This document shows, piece by piece, positions 19,695 to 30,355 of a stretch of 64,000 nt of DNA (the stretch's first letter is position 1; each line of letters starts with the position of its first letter). Both the position numbers and the translations under genes were made by a program. This stretch comes from a virus (lineage: Duplodnaviria > Caudoviricetes), in IMG/VR virus record IMGVR_UViG_3300028591_000117, positions 32,001-96,000 of that record, one strand, 5' to 3'. Below the pieces are notes generated by a model that was given only the letters and a program-made list of their open reading frames with translations, ran no database searches and was not told the DNA's origin.

Positions 19695-20204
19695 CTATAA
19701 TTCATAAAGAATGACTTTTCCTTCAAAGATTGACTTTTTAACATCAATAATTCTTTGATTGGAACTTCCTCTAAATGGAAGAGTGATATCTCTTTTTTCT
19801 ATTTCAAATGAACCATCTACAAGAACATCTACAAAATATTGTAGAAACTCTAACCAGTCATCTTTTATATCTTCATAGGTATTTCCAGTATAAACCCAAA
19901 TCTTTATATAAGGATTAGCTTCTTTTATTAAAGAACATAAAGTCATAAGTTCTTCTTTATTTCTATCTAGTAGAGGTTCTCCACCTACAATTGAAAATCT
20001 TTTAATACCAGGCCTACAACAAGCAGCAACAATTCTATCTCTAAACTCAATAGTATATTGTTCTCCACCATCTAAGTCCCAAGCTTTTTGATTAAAACAT
20101 CCTTTACAATGTCTTAAACATCCTTGAGTATATAATGATACACCAACATCTGTACCATTAACTATCTCAAAGAAGTCTATTCCAGAGTATCTCATTATCT
20201 CCAC
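19695..20204 (-). CDS. nrdG: anaerobic ribonucleotide reductase activating enzyme
   Basis: GCLRHCKGCFN radical-SAM motif, GGEP, FRGSSNQR. Confidence 0.96.
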   Translation of the reverse strand: MEIMRYSGIDFFEIVNGTDVGVSLYTQGCLRHCKGCFNQKAWDLDGGEQYTIEFRDRIVAACCRPGIKRFSIVGGEPLLDRNKEELMTLCSLIKEANPYIKIWVYTGNTYEDIKDDWLEFLQYFVDVLVDGSFEIEKRDITLPFRGSSNQRIIDVKKSIFEGKVILYEL

Positions 20205-22438
20205 TCCTCTAAATTCTTGCTATGTTTATATCTATCTTCAACTTCTTTTTGTTTACCATAATTGAATGCAGATTTATAATCACCAGTTAAATAACCTGTT
20301 ACTCTTCTTAATTGTTGAATATTATGACTTCCACACATAGGACAGTGGTCATTAAACTCATCACAATAGCCACAGTCTAAACAAGTATCATTAGGAACAT
20401 TAATAGCAAAGTAAGGTATATCTTTATCCATAGCATAATTTACTATAGTCTCTAAAGCATCTAAGTTATTTTTAGCTCCACTATCAAGTTCAATATAAGT
20501 TATACATCCAGCATTTGAGTAATTTGTTAATTCTGCTTCAATGTCTATTTTATCAAATGGACTCATCTTTTCCCAAACAGGAACATGCATTGAGTTTGTA
20601 AAATAGTCTCTATCACTAACTTTTTCAATAACTCCATATTTTTCTTTAAACTTCTTCATTGCAGTATAACATAAATTTTCTGCTGGAGTATAATATACAC
20701 CAACATTTAAATGAAGTTTTTGTTTAAACTCAGCACATCTATCTTTAAATAATTGCTCAATTCTTTTAGCTAAACTCATTCCTTCAGAAGTAGTATGATT
20801 TTTACATATCAATATTTGTAAAGTTTCAGCTAAACCTAACTGACCTATTACTAAAGTTCCATGTTTCATAGCACTTTCAACAGTTTTACCATCATAACCT
20901 AACATTAAACCGTTTTCATACATAAATTTAGCTGACTCAGGATTTTGACTTATAATATGTTTATATCTTTCTAATAACATTTCCATTGCTTCATCTATTT
21001 TAGTATTTAATATTTCCATAAATGCACTTATCGGGTCTAAACAGTCATCATTAGTTTTTCCAAATCCAGCTGCAATTGCTTTTTCTTTAGCTTCCATAGC
21101 TAAAGTAGGTAAAATAATAGTTACAGGACAAATGTTTCCACGACCATCTTTTATCTGAGCATTAGTACCAGGTTCTGCATTTATATCTTTACCATTATAA
21201 GTTCTACAACCCATAGTAGCTACATAAGTTCTAGGGTCATTTCTATCATAACCTTCATTAACTGACCAATCTACATTAGCATAATTAGGATATAACCTCT
21301 TTGCAGTTGATTTTAAAGCTAATTTAAATAAATCATAATTAGGTTCTCCTGGTTTTCTGTTAACTCCTTTCATACATTGAAATATTCCACAAGGAAATAT
21401 AGGAGTTTTATGAACTTTTCCAACACCTTTAAGACTTCCTTCTAGTAAAGCTTTTATTACCATTCTACCTTCAGGTAAAGTACATGTTCCATAGTTAATA
21501 CTTGTAAATGGTAATTGATTACCACTTCTACTTTGTAATGTATTTAAATTATGATACATTCCTTCAACAGCTTGTTGTGTCTCTCTAGTAGTTAAATCTA
21601 AAGCATATTTATAAGCTTTTGCATAATATTTATATTCATCTGAGTCAATACTTAAATCTTCAGGATGTTCTATTTCAGCTAACTCATCATTATAAATATA
21701 TTTAAATCCATCTTTAAAATGTTTATAAAATGATTTTCTAACATAAGGAACCATAGTCCAATCTAAATGTGAAGCACTTACTCCACCAAATTGTTGTAAA
21801 CTTTGTAATTGAAATATTACAGCTACAAGCTGCATTGCTGTATTTATACTATTTGCAGGTCTTACATCTGCTTGTCTAGTATTAAAACCATTCTTTAATA
21901 AATCATCAAATGGTATTGTTAAACAGTTATGTTCTCCAACAGCATAACTATCTAAATCATGAATATATATTTCATTATTTAAATGATTATTCTTAGCCAT
22001 ATCAGATATTAAATAATCTAAAGCGTATTTCTTCATGATACTATTTCTAGCTTCACCCATTCTTCCACCAAATGAATGTTCATCAACATTAGCATTTTGG
22101 TTTTGAACGTTTGTAGCCATAACTTTTTCTTTAATTTCATTCATTAACTCAGAGTCTTTATCTCTAAGCATCTCTCTCTTATATCTATATCTAATATAAG
22201 CTCTTGCAACATCTTTTCTATTGCAAGCCATAAGTTTATCTTCAACAATATCTTGAATTTCTTCAACAGAGATATTATCTTCTAATCTTGAGATGTATGT
22301 AGCAATTTCCCAAGCTTTAGACTTAGCAAAATCACTTATCTCATTATCAACATCATTAAATGCAGACTGAACTGCATTTATAATTTTATTTTTATCGAAT
22401 GTCTCTTCTTTACCATTTCTTTTAATTACTTTTTCCAT
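20195..22438 (-). CDS. nrdD: anaerobic ribonucleoside-triphosphate reductase with ATP-cone
   Basis: VIKRNG ATP-cone, IYIHDLD, TMGCRT, YTPAENL and RRVTGYL glycyl-radical loop. Start MEKV at 22438. Confidence 0.97.
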   Translation of the reverse strand: MEKVIKRNGKEETFDKNKIINAVQSAFNDVDNEISDFAKSKAWEIATYISRLEDNISVEEIQDIVEDKLMACNRKDVARAYIRYRYKREMLRDKDSELMNEIKEKVMATNVQNQNANVDEHSFGGRMGEARNSIMKKYALDYLISDMAKNNHLNNEIYIHDLDSYAVGEHNCLTIPFDDLLKNGFNTRQADVRPANSINTAMQLVAVIFQLQSLQQFGGVSASHLDWTMVPYVRKSFYKHFKDGFKYIYNDELAEIEHPEDLSIDSDEYKYYAKAYKYALDLTTRETQQAVEGMYHNLNTLQSRSGNQLPFTSINYGTCTLPEGRMVIKALLEGSLKGVGKVHKTPIFPCGIFQCMKGVNRKPGEPNYDLFKLALKSTAKRLYPNYANVDWSVNEGYDRNDPRTYVATMGCRTYNGKDINAEPGTNAQIKDGRGNICPVTIILPTLAMEAKEKAIAAGFGKTNDDCLDPISAFMEILNTKIDEAMEMLLERYKHIISQNPESAKFMYENGLMLGYDGKTVESAMKHGTLVIGQLGLAETLQILICKNHTTSEGMSLAKRIEQLFKDRCAEFKQKLHLNVGVYYTPAENLCYTAMKKFKEKYGVIEKVSDRDYFTNSMHVPVWEKMSPFDKIDIEAELTNYSNAGCITYIELDSGAKNNLDALETIVNYAMDKDIPYFAINVPNDTCLDCGYCDEFNDHCPMCGSHNIQQLRRVTGYLTGDYKSAFNYGKQKEVEDRYKHSKNLEEWR

Positions 22439-22448
22439 ATATACTCTC

Positions 22449-23309
22449 CTATAATAATTTTTCATTTTCTATAGTTAAGACATTCACACGATGGGTTAAA
22501 GGTGTGCAAGTATCTATAAAAATCTTCTTACCATTCTCACTTTTAAGTATCGAATTGGTACCACTAATACTAATATTAAACTTCTCACGTATTCCATCTG
22601 TATGGTAGTGACCAACTATGATTGTTTTTTCTGTATTTTTAATTGGCTTACCATAAAAACTACCATCATCCCAAGTTAGATATTCCCAAGGACTCCAAAA
22701 TTCATAAGGACTATACTCAGGTTTATGCCAATCTTTACAAGTTCCATCAATAGATGCATGTGTAAATATATAGTTCTCAGTCTCATAAAAATAAGGTCTT
22801 TCTTCTAACCATTTAAGTAATTCAGGATAGTTTTTATTTATTTTCTCTCTAGCATATTCTTGAAATATACCAAAGACAATCTCAGTAGGTACTGAAAATG
22901 GGTCTTCGAGTATTGGTTCAACTCTATCACCATAAACTTGTGGAGCTTGTTCTTTAAAGTTAACTAAATAAGTTAAGAAAGTATCCCAACAAAGAGTATC
23001 TTCTAAAAAACTATCTAATGTTTTATTAAATCCATTATGAGCGAAATTAAAACTACAATCTTCTCCATTTAGAAAATCTTGTAGAAAACTCTCATGATTT
23101 CCTCTAATACAAATAGCTTTACCTTCATCAGATAACTTTTTAAGATATTTATAAACTTCTAAAGAATGTAAACCTCTATCAAAGTAATCTCCACAAACTA
23201 TTAATAATGAGTTATTATCATTTTCATTATAACCTGCTTTTTCTAAACTTTCTAAAAACTCTTCATAAAATCCATGTATATCAGATACACAGTATATATT
23301 TTTAATCAT
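22449..23309 (-). CDS. calcineurin-like metallophosphoesterase (Ser/Thr phosphatase family)
   Basis: SDIHG, GDYFDRG, RGNHE, THA, GHYH. Confidence 0.92.
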   Translation of the reverse strand: MIKNIYCVSDIHGFYEEFLESLEKAGYNENDNNSLLIVCGDYFDRGLHSLEVYKYLKKLSDEGKAICIRGNHESFLQDFLNGEDCSFNFAHNGFNKTLDSFLEDTLCWDTFLTYLVNFKEQAPQVYGDRVEPILEDPFSVPTEIVFGIFQEYAREKINKNYPELLKWLEERPYFYETENYIFTHASIDGTCKDWHKPEYSPYEFWSPWEYLTWDDGSFYGKPIKNTEKTIIVGHYHTDGIREKFNISISGTNSILKSENGKKIFIDTCTPLTHRVNVLTIENEKLL

Positions 23310-24628
23310 AGTACTAACCTTTCTAAAAAGTCTTTTCTAATAGTACATTGGTCTGCTGATTTATCAACTCTCCATTGTACTAATCTAGCATGAGCTAGTC
23401 TTAGGTTTTTATCAGACAAATCTTGGCCATCAACTGTTGCTACTTTAGCATATATGTCTGGTCTTAATTGAACTTCACCATTAAAATCTCTAACTGTTAT
23501 TGCTTCTCTAAGTTTATCTGGAAGTCCACCAACAGTACAAATATGATGTATCTTAGGCACTCCATATTCATCTAGAATAACATTATTATTCTCATCTAAT
23601 AAATATATTCCAAAGTTTAAAGAACCTACTAATCCTTCATTTCTTGTTCCTTTCTGTCCTTCATTAAAACCGATAACAAAACAATCAAAAGTATCTCCAT
23701 AGTTTTGTTCAAGAAGTGAACCTGTAACACTTCTTTTAATCTTAACCCATTCTCCAGCTCTTTTACCTTTAATATCATAAGTTGAGTCTAAATCTTTAAC
23801 TACTAAACCTTCACCACCAACTGAAACTATTTGATTATAAAAATCTCTAGTTGATAAACCATTACTATTAGCTACTAACTCAATATCTATCAAATCTTTA
23901 ATATTATTAAATGCTAATTGTAAATATTTTTTTCTCTCTCTTAAAGATAAACTTGTTAAATCTTTATTATCATACATTAAGATATCAAAGGCTATAAGCT
24001 TTATTGGATTAAGTTTTTGAAATTGTTTAGATAACTCATAATCAGCTGATAAAATAGCTGAGACCATATTTAACTGAGTGTCAGCTACAATTTCAGTTGA
24101 ATTATCTTTTATAATTTCTTTATTTTTTAAAACTAACTCACCATCAATAATGAAATTAGGAATATTTAATAGACTAAAAGTATTTATACTATCATATAAC
24201 TTCTGTCCATAATTTATAGGTAAAAAGTCATTTACTGATGTATTTCTTGAATAAGCATCTATACAATTATCTTCTCTAAACCAACAAAGTAATTGTCTAC
24301 TACCATCAATCTTTTCTTCAGCTAACCATTTATCTTGATTATTCCAAATTTCTTCTTGTTCTTCAGCAGACTTATTCTTAATCTGAAGAGCTAACATAGG
24401 TGAGTCAATTTTTAAAACCCACTCAAGTGACTTATGAAATAGTCCTTGTTCTTTATATTTTTCTATAAAATAAGACTGAAGTGCTTGAACATAGTCATCT
24501 TTACTATAGTCCAAATAATGCTCTCCAGTCTCTTTATTCACTCTATTACGTGTAGGAATAGGACTTAAACCGAGTAAATCACATTCTAATTTTAATTCAT
24601 TTAATTTTCTAGTACTTCCTTTAGCCAT
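23306..24628 (-). CDS. ATP-dependent DNA ligase
   Basis: EEKIDG (motif I), IIDGEL, AFDIL, EGLVVK, WVKIK, HAR...WRVDK. Confidence 0.93.
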   Translation of the reverse strand: MAKGSTRKLNELKLECDLLGLSPIPTRNRVNKETGEHYLDYSKDDYVQALQSYFIEKYKEQGLFHKSLEWVLKIDSPMLALQIKNKSAEEQEEIWNNQDKWLAEEKIDGSRQLLCWFREDNCIDAYSRNTSVNDFLPINYGQKLYDSINTFSLLNIPNFIIDGELVLKNKEIIKDNSTEIVADTQLNMVSAILSADYELSKQFQKLNPIKLIAFDILMYDNKDLTSLSLRERKKYLQLAFNNIKDLIDIELVANSNGLSTRDFYNQIVSVGGEGLVVKDLDSTYDIKGKRAGEWVKIKRSVTGSLLEQNYGDTFDCFVIGFNEGQKGTRNEGLVGSLNFGIYLLDENNNVILDEYGVPKIHHICTVGGLPDKLREAITVRDFNGEVQLRPDIYAKVATVDGQDLSDKNLRLAHARLVQWRVDKSADQCTIRKDFLERLVL

Positions 24629-24675
24629 ATAATATCACCTATTAATATTATATGAAAAAGTAATTATTTATTTTA

Positions 24676-25524
24676 TTATTGTTGGTCTACCCATAATACG
24701 TATAATGTTATATCTTCCTCAACAATGAAACTATTATCTATTATAGTTGTATTATCATCTTTAACTGTAGTTAATCCACCAAACTCTTTACCTTCAGGAC
24801 CTACAAAATTATCCTCTGGTAAAATATTGTTAATCATATTTTGATTTAAATCATAACTAGTTGTTCCTTCATCACAAGACTCAACTATTGAAGTTTCACC
24901 TTCATAAGTTCCACCATTTAAGTCAATAGTAACATTATAAACTGGTACTGGCTCTTCTTCAACTACCAATTTATCTAAATTATATTCTTTAATTAAATCT
25001 CCAACAGTAACTTTAATTCCTTGTGTATCTTTATCTGCTATACGAAGAACTATTAATCTATCTTCATCTAACTTAACAGGTCCTGAGACCCCATTAACTA
25101 CCTCAACATATATGTCATCTTCTGAATTAGTATCAACGTGTAGTACTAAATAATTTCCTGATTGCTCATCAACATTACCACTAAATCCTGTATAACCAGT
25201 AATATATTTTAATGTTCCTGTAATATCATCTCCACTAAGAGCTATATTAGTTTGTAAGTCAGAAGCAACTTTACCAAATAAATCAGTTTCATCACTAATA
25301 TCAAAATCAATAGATAAATCTTCTCCTGGTTCTTCACCTTCATTAACAACTTTTAATATAGTTTCATTAGTACTATCAAATGTAACTTTTACTTCTTCAT
25401 TTACTTCATCTAGTTGTTTTCTTAATGTTTCTGCTGGAAATTCAGCATTTACGTCTTGTCCTCTCTCTTTCATAACCTTTATAAAGTCCATGTTAGTAGA
25501 GATACCTGTTTGTAATTTCTTCAT
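24676..25524 (-). CDS. putative virion decoration protein (Ig-like domain plus Listeria-Bacteroides repeat-like domain)
   Basis: Beta-rich ITGTLKY..GYTGFSG...SGNYL domain; C-terminal YNVTIDLNGG...GKEFGG...DITLYVLW. Confidence 0.5.
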   Translation of the reverse strand: MKKLQTGISTNMDFIKVMKERGQDVNAEFPAETLRKQLDEVNEEVKVTFDSTNETILKVVNEGEEPGEDLSIDFDISDETDLFGKVASDLQTNIALSGDDITGTLKYITGYTGFSGNVDEQSGNYLVLHVDTNSEDDIYVEVVNGVSGPVKLDEDRLIVLRIADKDTQGIKVTVGDLIKEYNLDKLVVEEEPVPVYNVTIDLNGGTYEGETSIVESCDEGTTSYDLNQNMINNILPEDNFVGPEGKEFGGLTTVKDDNTTIIDNSFIVEEDITLYVLWVDQQ

Positions 25525-25538
25525 TTATATTCTCCTCC

Positions 25539-26768
25539 TTAATTTAAATATTCTTTTCTTACTAAAGCAACCCATCGACCTGTTGTCTCTGCTTCAAAAT
25601 AAGCATCTTTATCATACTTAGTAATAACTCTATCTAAGTATTCATCAACTATTCTTGTTCCTTCTTCATAAGAAACTTCAGCTAAAAAATAAACTCTTAC
25701 ATAATCATTATTATCTTCATCTTCTTCAAATTCTATACTACAGTAATCTTTTACTTCATCTTCTTCAATATAAAGTACTTTAGATGCTCCTTTAATCATA
25801 GCTTCTTCTAAGTCTTGGTCAAGATGAAGTGTTTTATATAATAAATCAATATTCATATTTTCTGTTAATTTATTTTTATTAACAGCTCTAATATTACCAT
25901 TTTCATTTATTAAAACATAATTTCCTCTAGTATAATAACCATTTTCATTTAACCTAAAACCTTTAAATCCATGATTTCTAGGAACATTGAACATTTCAGT
26001 AAAGTGTTTTTTAGGTTTACTTGGTTTTTGTAAACTTCCAACCTCTTGGTCTTTCTTTCCAGCTATATCTGAACATTGAGTACCTTCACAACCTTCATCT
26101 AAATCTTCATCATAATCTTCTTCATCATCAGAATAATTAACTTCAGCGTTACTAAATATACTAGATAACTCAGAAGCCATTGCAGAAATATTATCAAATG
26201 TTGACGCTAAATCTTCAATAGATGTTCCGATATCTGCATAAGAACCTCTTCGAGCATTCTTAATTTCATAAGCAACACGGTCAACATAGTCAAAGAAATC
26301 TGTAGTTAAATCTTCTACATCTTCACCCCAACCATCTTCAGAGTTACTACTCATAGTAATATCTTGCTCTTTTAATGCAGTCTTATCTCTAAAGTCCTCT
26401 ATTAGAAGTTTATCTCCTTTTCCTCTAGCTATTTGAGTATCACTTTCCATTATTTCTAAACCGTTTAAGTTTATTAGTGGTCTAAAATTATGAGCTTTAG
26501 TTTCAGAGACACACTCCTTCATTAAATTATTACACTCATTAAGATAACTTATATAATCTTTATGAGTATACTTAGACTCATTAATAGACTTAACATTATA
26601 TTTAGTATTTAATGTTAATAAAGCACTACCATAAGCACCTTTAGAAATTAAACTCTCTAATATCTCTCTATCATCTTCAGAAACTGGTTCATATTCAATA
26701 ACAGACTCATTAACTTTAACTTTATTACCATCAAGTTTGAAGTTCTTTATAGGCATTGTTATAAACAT
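25539..26768 (-). CDS. acidic multi-domain putative head polyprotein
   Basis: VNES, INES, LNEC, MKEC, IMES, LDEG and LTEN sites separate the segments. Confidence 0.45.
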   Translation of the reverse strand: MFITMPIKNFKLDGNKVKVNESVIEYEPVSEDDREILESLISKGAYGSALLTLNTKYNVKSINESKYTHKDYISYLNECNNLMKECVSETKAHNFRPLINLNGLEIMESDTQIARGKGDKLLIEDFRDKTALKEQDITMSSNSEDGWGEDVEDLTTDFFDYVDRVAYEIKNARRGSYADIGTSIEDLASTFDNISAMASELSSIFSNAEVNYSDDEEDYDEDLDEGCEGTQCSDIAGKKDQEVGSLQKPSKPKKHFTEMFNVPRNHGFKGFRLNENGYYTRGNYVLINENGNIRAVNKNKLTENMNIDLLYKTLHLDQDLEEAMIKGASKVLYIEEDEVKDYCSIEFEEDEDNNDYVRVYFLAEVSYEEGTRIVDEYLDRVITKYDKDAYFEAETTGRWVALVRKEYLN

Positions 26769-26771
26769 GTA

Positions 26772-26945
26772 CTATTCCTCCTTATCATTTTGAGCTTCTT
26801 GTATCTTTCTGACTAACTCTACTTTAAATTTGTTTGTCTCTAATGTATGACTACAATATGGACAAACAAGTTTATTGTTTATAATCTTTACTTTAGACAG
26901 TGGTATTTCTTCTAAACAATCTTTACAAATATATTTATTTTCCAT
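26772..26945 (-). CDS. small zinc-ribbon protein (57 aa)
   Basis: Manual translation MENKYICKDC...LVCPYCSH...KEE*. Confidence 0.7.
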   Translation of the reverse strand: MENKYICKDCLEEIPLSKVKIINNKLVCPYCSHTLETNKFKVELVRKIQEAQNDKEE

Positions 26946-27000
26946 ATCACTTAGTCTATGAAACTCAGCTCTAAAATAATATATAAAAGACGAACTAATA

Positions 27001-28526
27001 TTATTCGTCTATATTCCAATCATCAAATTTATTAAATACTCCTTGTAGCTCTTCTTCTGTAATTAACTTACCTTTAGTAAATGCCCAAAGTAAAGACCTT
27101 CTTAAAGTACTCATAAACTTCTGTTCATTATCATAAGTAGTATAAGGTAGTGTATTCATCTTACCAAATAAACTTTCAATAAGCTTCATATTCTTCTCCA
27201 TACATAATCTTTTATATGTATCTGTAGTTCCAAATGCTTCAATTATATCTATATATTGTTTACTAAATTCAGTATCTACACGAGTTATTCTACCAATTAT
27301 CTGCATTATCTTAGCTATATCATAAGGTAAATCATAAAAAATAATTGCATTAGCTTTTTGAAGATTTATACTCTCACCACCAGCTGAAGTTATAAGTAAA
27401 GGTTTATCTACTGCTATTATATCTTGAATTCTTTTTCTTTCAGACATTGATACTCCACCTTTAATTATTAATGTATTTGAAACTCCTAAATCTCTTTTAA
27501 AAGCTCTTATTAAATAATCTAGTCTCTCAAGAACTGATACATACTCACAATATATTATAGTTGGTTTATTCTCTCTGATATTTTGTAATAATACTTTTAA
27601 TAATAATTTTTCTTTATTTGAAATTTCTTCTCTATCTATTTCATCAGAAACATTATCTACAACAAATGTTATATCTCTTAGTCGAACTGACCAAAAATCT
27701 TTAGCTTTCTCAGACATTTTACCACCAGAAGCTTTTAGATAATTCTTAGTTTCAGTTTCATTAAGATGAGTTGTATGATAGTTAAACTCTAAATTATACT
27801 CTTTTTGTCTTACTATAATTACTTCATTTAAAATAGATTGTAATCTCTCTATATTTTTATATCCAACTATTTCTTCTATTGTTCTTTGAACTTTCTGTCT
27901 ATTTCTTGTAGTTTGCGTTATTCTTTTTCTATTAATAATTAAATAGTTATATTTAAAATTAGACCACGCTCCTAAAAGACTTGGATTTAATAATGTAATC
28001 ATCCAATACATTCCTTCTATATTATTTTTGCAACTAGTAGCTGTTAAAAAATATAATATACAAAATATCTTTCTTATTTGTATAAATTGTTTATACATAT
28101 TAGACTTAGGATTTTGTAGTCCATTATGACTTTCATCAACAATTCCTAAAAGTTTATGCGTTTTATACAACTCAGCTAAAGTTGGTATTGCTTTATCGAT
28201 GCATGTATTAGATATTAATAAAAATCTTCCATTAGGATTTTTAAATGATTTCTCAGTACTTATCATTGAATAGCTTACATGTAATTTTTCAGTTAACTCT
28301 TTTTCAAAAGACATTAAAGCTTTAGGTGGAGCTATAACTATAGTTATCAAATCTCTATTCTTTAACATGAGTTGAGTTGCTAAAGTAACTGCTGTATAAG
28401 TTTTACCTAAACCAGTTAAGTCTGGCCAGATATAACTGCATAAGGTCTTCTTATTGCAAAGTCTATCATTTCATTTTGTTCTTGTTTTAATGGAAACTCT
28501 TTTGATAGTGTATAATCTGGAACCAT
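27001..28526 (-). CDS. SF2/SNF2-type helicase, frame-interrupted in Walker A (36-aa ORF 28416..28526 plus downstream frame)
   Basis: A strong RBS precedes ATG 28526, giving MVPDY...VISGQT*. The next frame continues TGLGKT...IVDESH...LTAT...GGESINLQ...QIIGRITR. Confidence 0.85.
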
Positions 28527-28546
28527 TTAAGCACCACCTCCTTTAA

Positions 28547-28888
28547 TTAAAATTCTATATCTAATTCTTTTATTACATACTCTGTAATTCTATCTAAGTT
28601 TGGTTCTAATTGATACCAAATATCTATTTTAAATACTTCATCTTTATCTGGTCTATGATGTAAACTAGTCACTAAAACCTCATGTTCAGCTTTAGACCAG
28701 TAATAATACATTAGTATACTTTTAATTCCTTCTTTTAATTTTTCATAATTATCTATTTTATCACGTTTTATTCTTTTAAATAAATCATTTACAAACCACT
28801 CACCTAAAACATTAACTCTTTCTAGCTTATTACTATTGAAATCTTCTCTAAAAGCATACCATTCTAATTTTTTATTCTTTTTCTTCAT
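28547..28888 (-). CDS. conserved phage hypothetical protein
   Basis: YYYWSKAEHEV...KIDIWYQL..N motif. Confidence 0.6.
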   Translation of the reverse strand: MKKKNKKLEWYAFREDFNSNKLERVNVLGEWFVNDLFKRIKRDKIDNYEKLKEGIKSILMYYYWSKAEHEVLVTSLHHRPDKDEVFKIDIWYQLEPNLDRITEYVIKELDIEF

Positions 28889-29450
28889 AATTATCTTCTC
28901 TTTCTTCTATTAATCTATCTAATAAAGTACATGCTTGACTATACTCTCTCATATTAAAACCAGTATATGTATCACATTTAACTAAATAAGGAGTTAAATC
29001 TCTTTTAAAACCTACCATATCAGTGTCATCATCTAAAATAACCATAACAGTTTTATCAATATCATAGTTATTTTCAATCATCCAATTCTCTATCTGAACT
29101 CCTCTAGTTTTAAAATAATTCTTATTAGCTCCATCAATAACTTCTACTCTACTGTCTAAACCACTATTTCTAAGAGCTTTTTCAACATCTTTTAATTTAT
29201 GTCCTATAAGCCATGTAGATGTAATAACTATTTTTAAATTATACTCTAAACAAAGTTTATTTAACCACCTAACTGCAAATTCATTAGATACTCTTTTATC
29301 ATTAGGCCAACATAAATCGAAATAAAAACCATCTTTTTCTACCATTCTTCTACCATCAATTGGTTCTGAATATATCATGTGAGTATTTACAACACCATCA
29401 ATATCTAAAAATAATAATCTATCATAACTTAATCTTATACTAGTTACCAT
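28872..29450 (-). CDS. HAD-superfamily phosphatase (Swiss Army Knife RNA-repair type HAD domain)
   Basis: FLDIDGVVN, IVITSTW, VILDDD. Start MVTS at 29450. Confidence 0.8.
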   Translation of the reverse strand: MVTSIRLSYDRLLFLDIDGVVNTHMIYSEPIDGRRMVEKDGFYFDLCWPNDKRVSNEFAVRWLNKLCLEYNLKIVITSTWLIGHKLKDVEKALRNSGLDSRVEVIDGANKNYFKTRGVQIENWMIENNYDIDKTVMVILDDDTDMVGFKRDLTPYLVKCDTYTGFNMREYSQACTLLDRLIEEREDNYEEKE

Positions 29451-29465
29451 ACTCCACCTCAATAC

Positions 29466-29501
29466 TATTATATGAAAAAAGAGACTCAATTGAGTCTCTT
29501 T
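29466..29501 (-). terminator. terminator of the ncRNA island, fused to a TTCATATAATA promoter
   Basis: aaagagactc-aatt-gagtctcttt hairpin with a U6 tract on the minus strand; motif at 29466-29476. Confidence 0.8.
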
Positions 29502-30355
29502 AAATATATTAACTAGGTAGGAATTATTTATTTACCTACAAGTTTAAGACTTAGCTCTGTTTATTAGTTGTACTCTAATGAGGAAGGATTGATTACCTTC
29601 AAGACTGCTAGCTTTAGACAATGTAATACGGTCAAAATCTTTTTCTAAGATTTCGCGTTCCAATTTACACCTTCTGACACAGATTTGTACTGAGTGATTA
29701 ATTGCCAAACTATTATACACCTTTTTACAGGCTTCAACTGCATCTACTTAATGAAAGCTGTGTATATATGCCTCGAACACGTACATATATCACTATCATC
29801 TAGTCGCAACCATCATTCTAGACTGATTATATAAAATTTCGCTATATAAACTCGTTATTATCATAACTCTAAGTCCATTTCAGAACTGTCTATATACCAC
29901 TTACTCCAAGCAAGAGTATTCGTGCACTACATTTGTAGGAAAGTTGTCAAATCTTTCATTATTAAATATAACCATCTTATTAAACTACTATATTTATTAT
30001 TATCTGGCCAAGATAATAACATTTTATAATATAGATTGGATTGATTACCAATATATCAGTACTCAACTACCTATTTCCATTTAACACGGATTTTAGCAGA
30101 CAACATCTATCAAATTTATAGGAGCATATCTCTCCATCAACCGCGAACATTTCTCGTTCTCTCTACTGTTTAGTCGCAACACCACATGTAGACTAGAATG
30201 CATTCGATAGACTCAACTTACACTAACTAAGAATAACAACAAAACTCCCTCGGCTTTTGACCTGGCTACTTAGCTCATGACGAGTTTTTTAACTCGTGTT
30301 AGTTTCTACTCTTATAACGTCGAAATATTGTTTGAGTTACTAAGTTAATATATTT
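29502..30355 (-). ncRNA. large (~855 nt) highly structured non-coding RNA, ROOL/GOLLD-class candidate
   Basis: No ORF >=60 aa on either strand. Ends pair in a perfect 13-bp helix (30343-30355 with 29502-29514). More than a dozen hairpins whose G-U pairs fit the minus strand; duplicated loop motifs; lies next to a tRNA; followed directly by a terminator. Confidence 0.75.
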
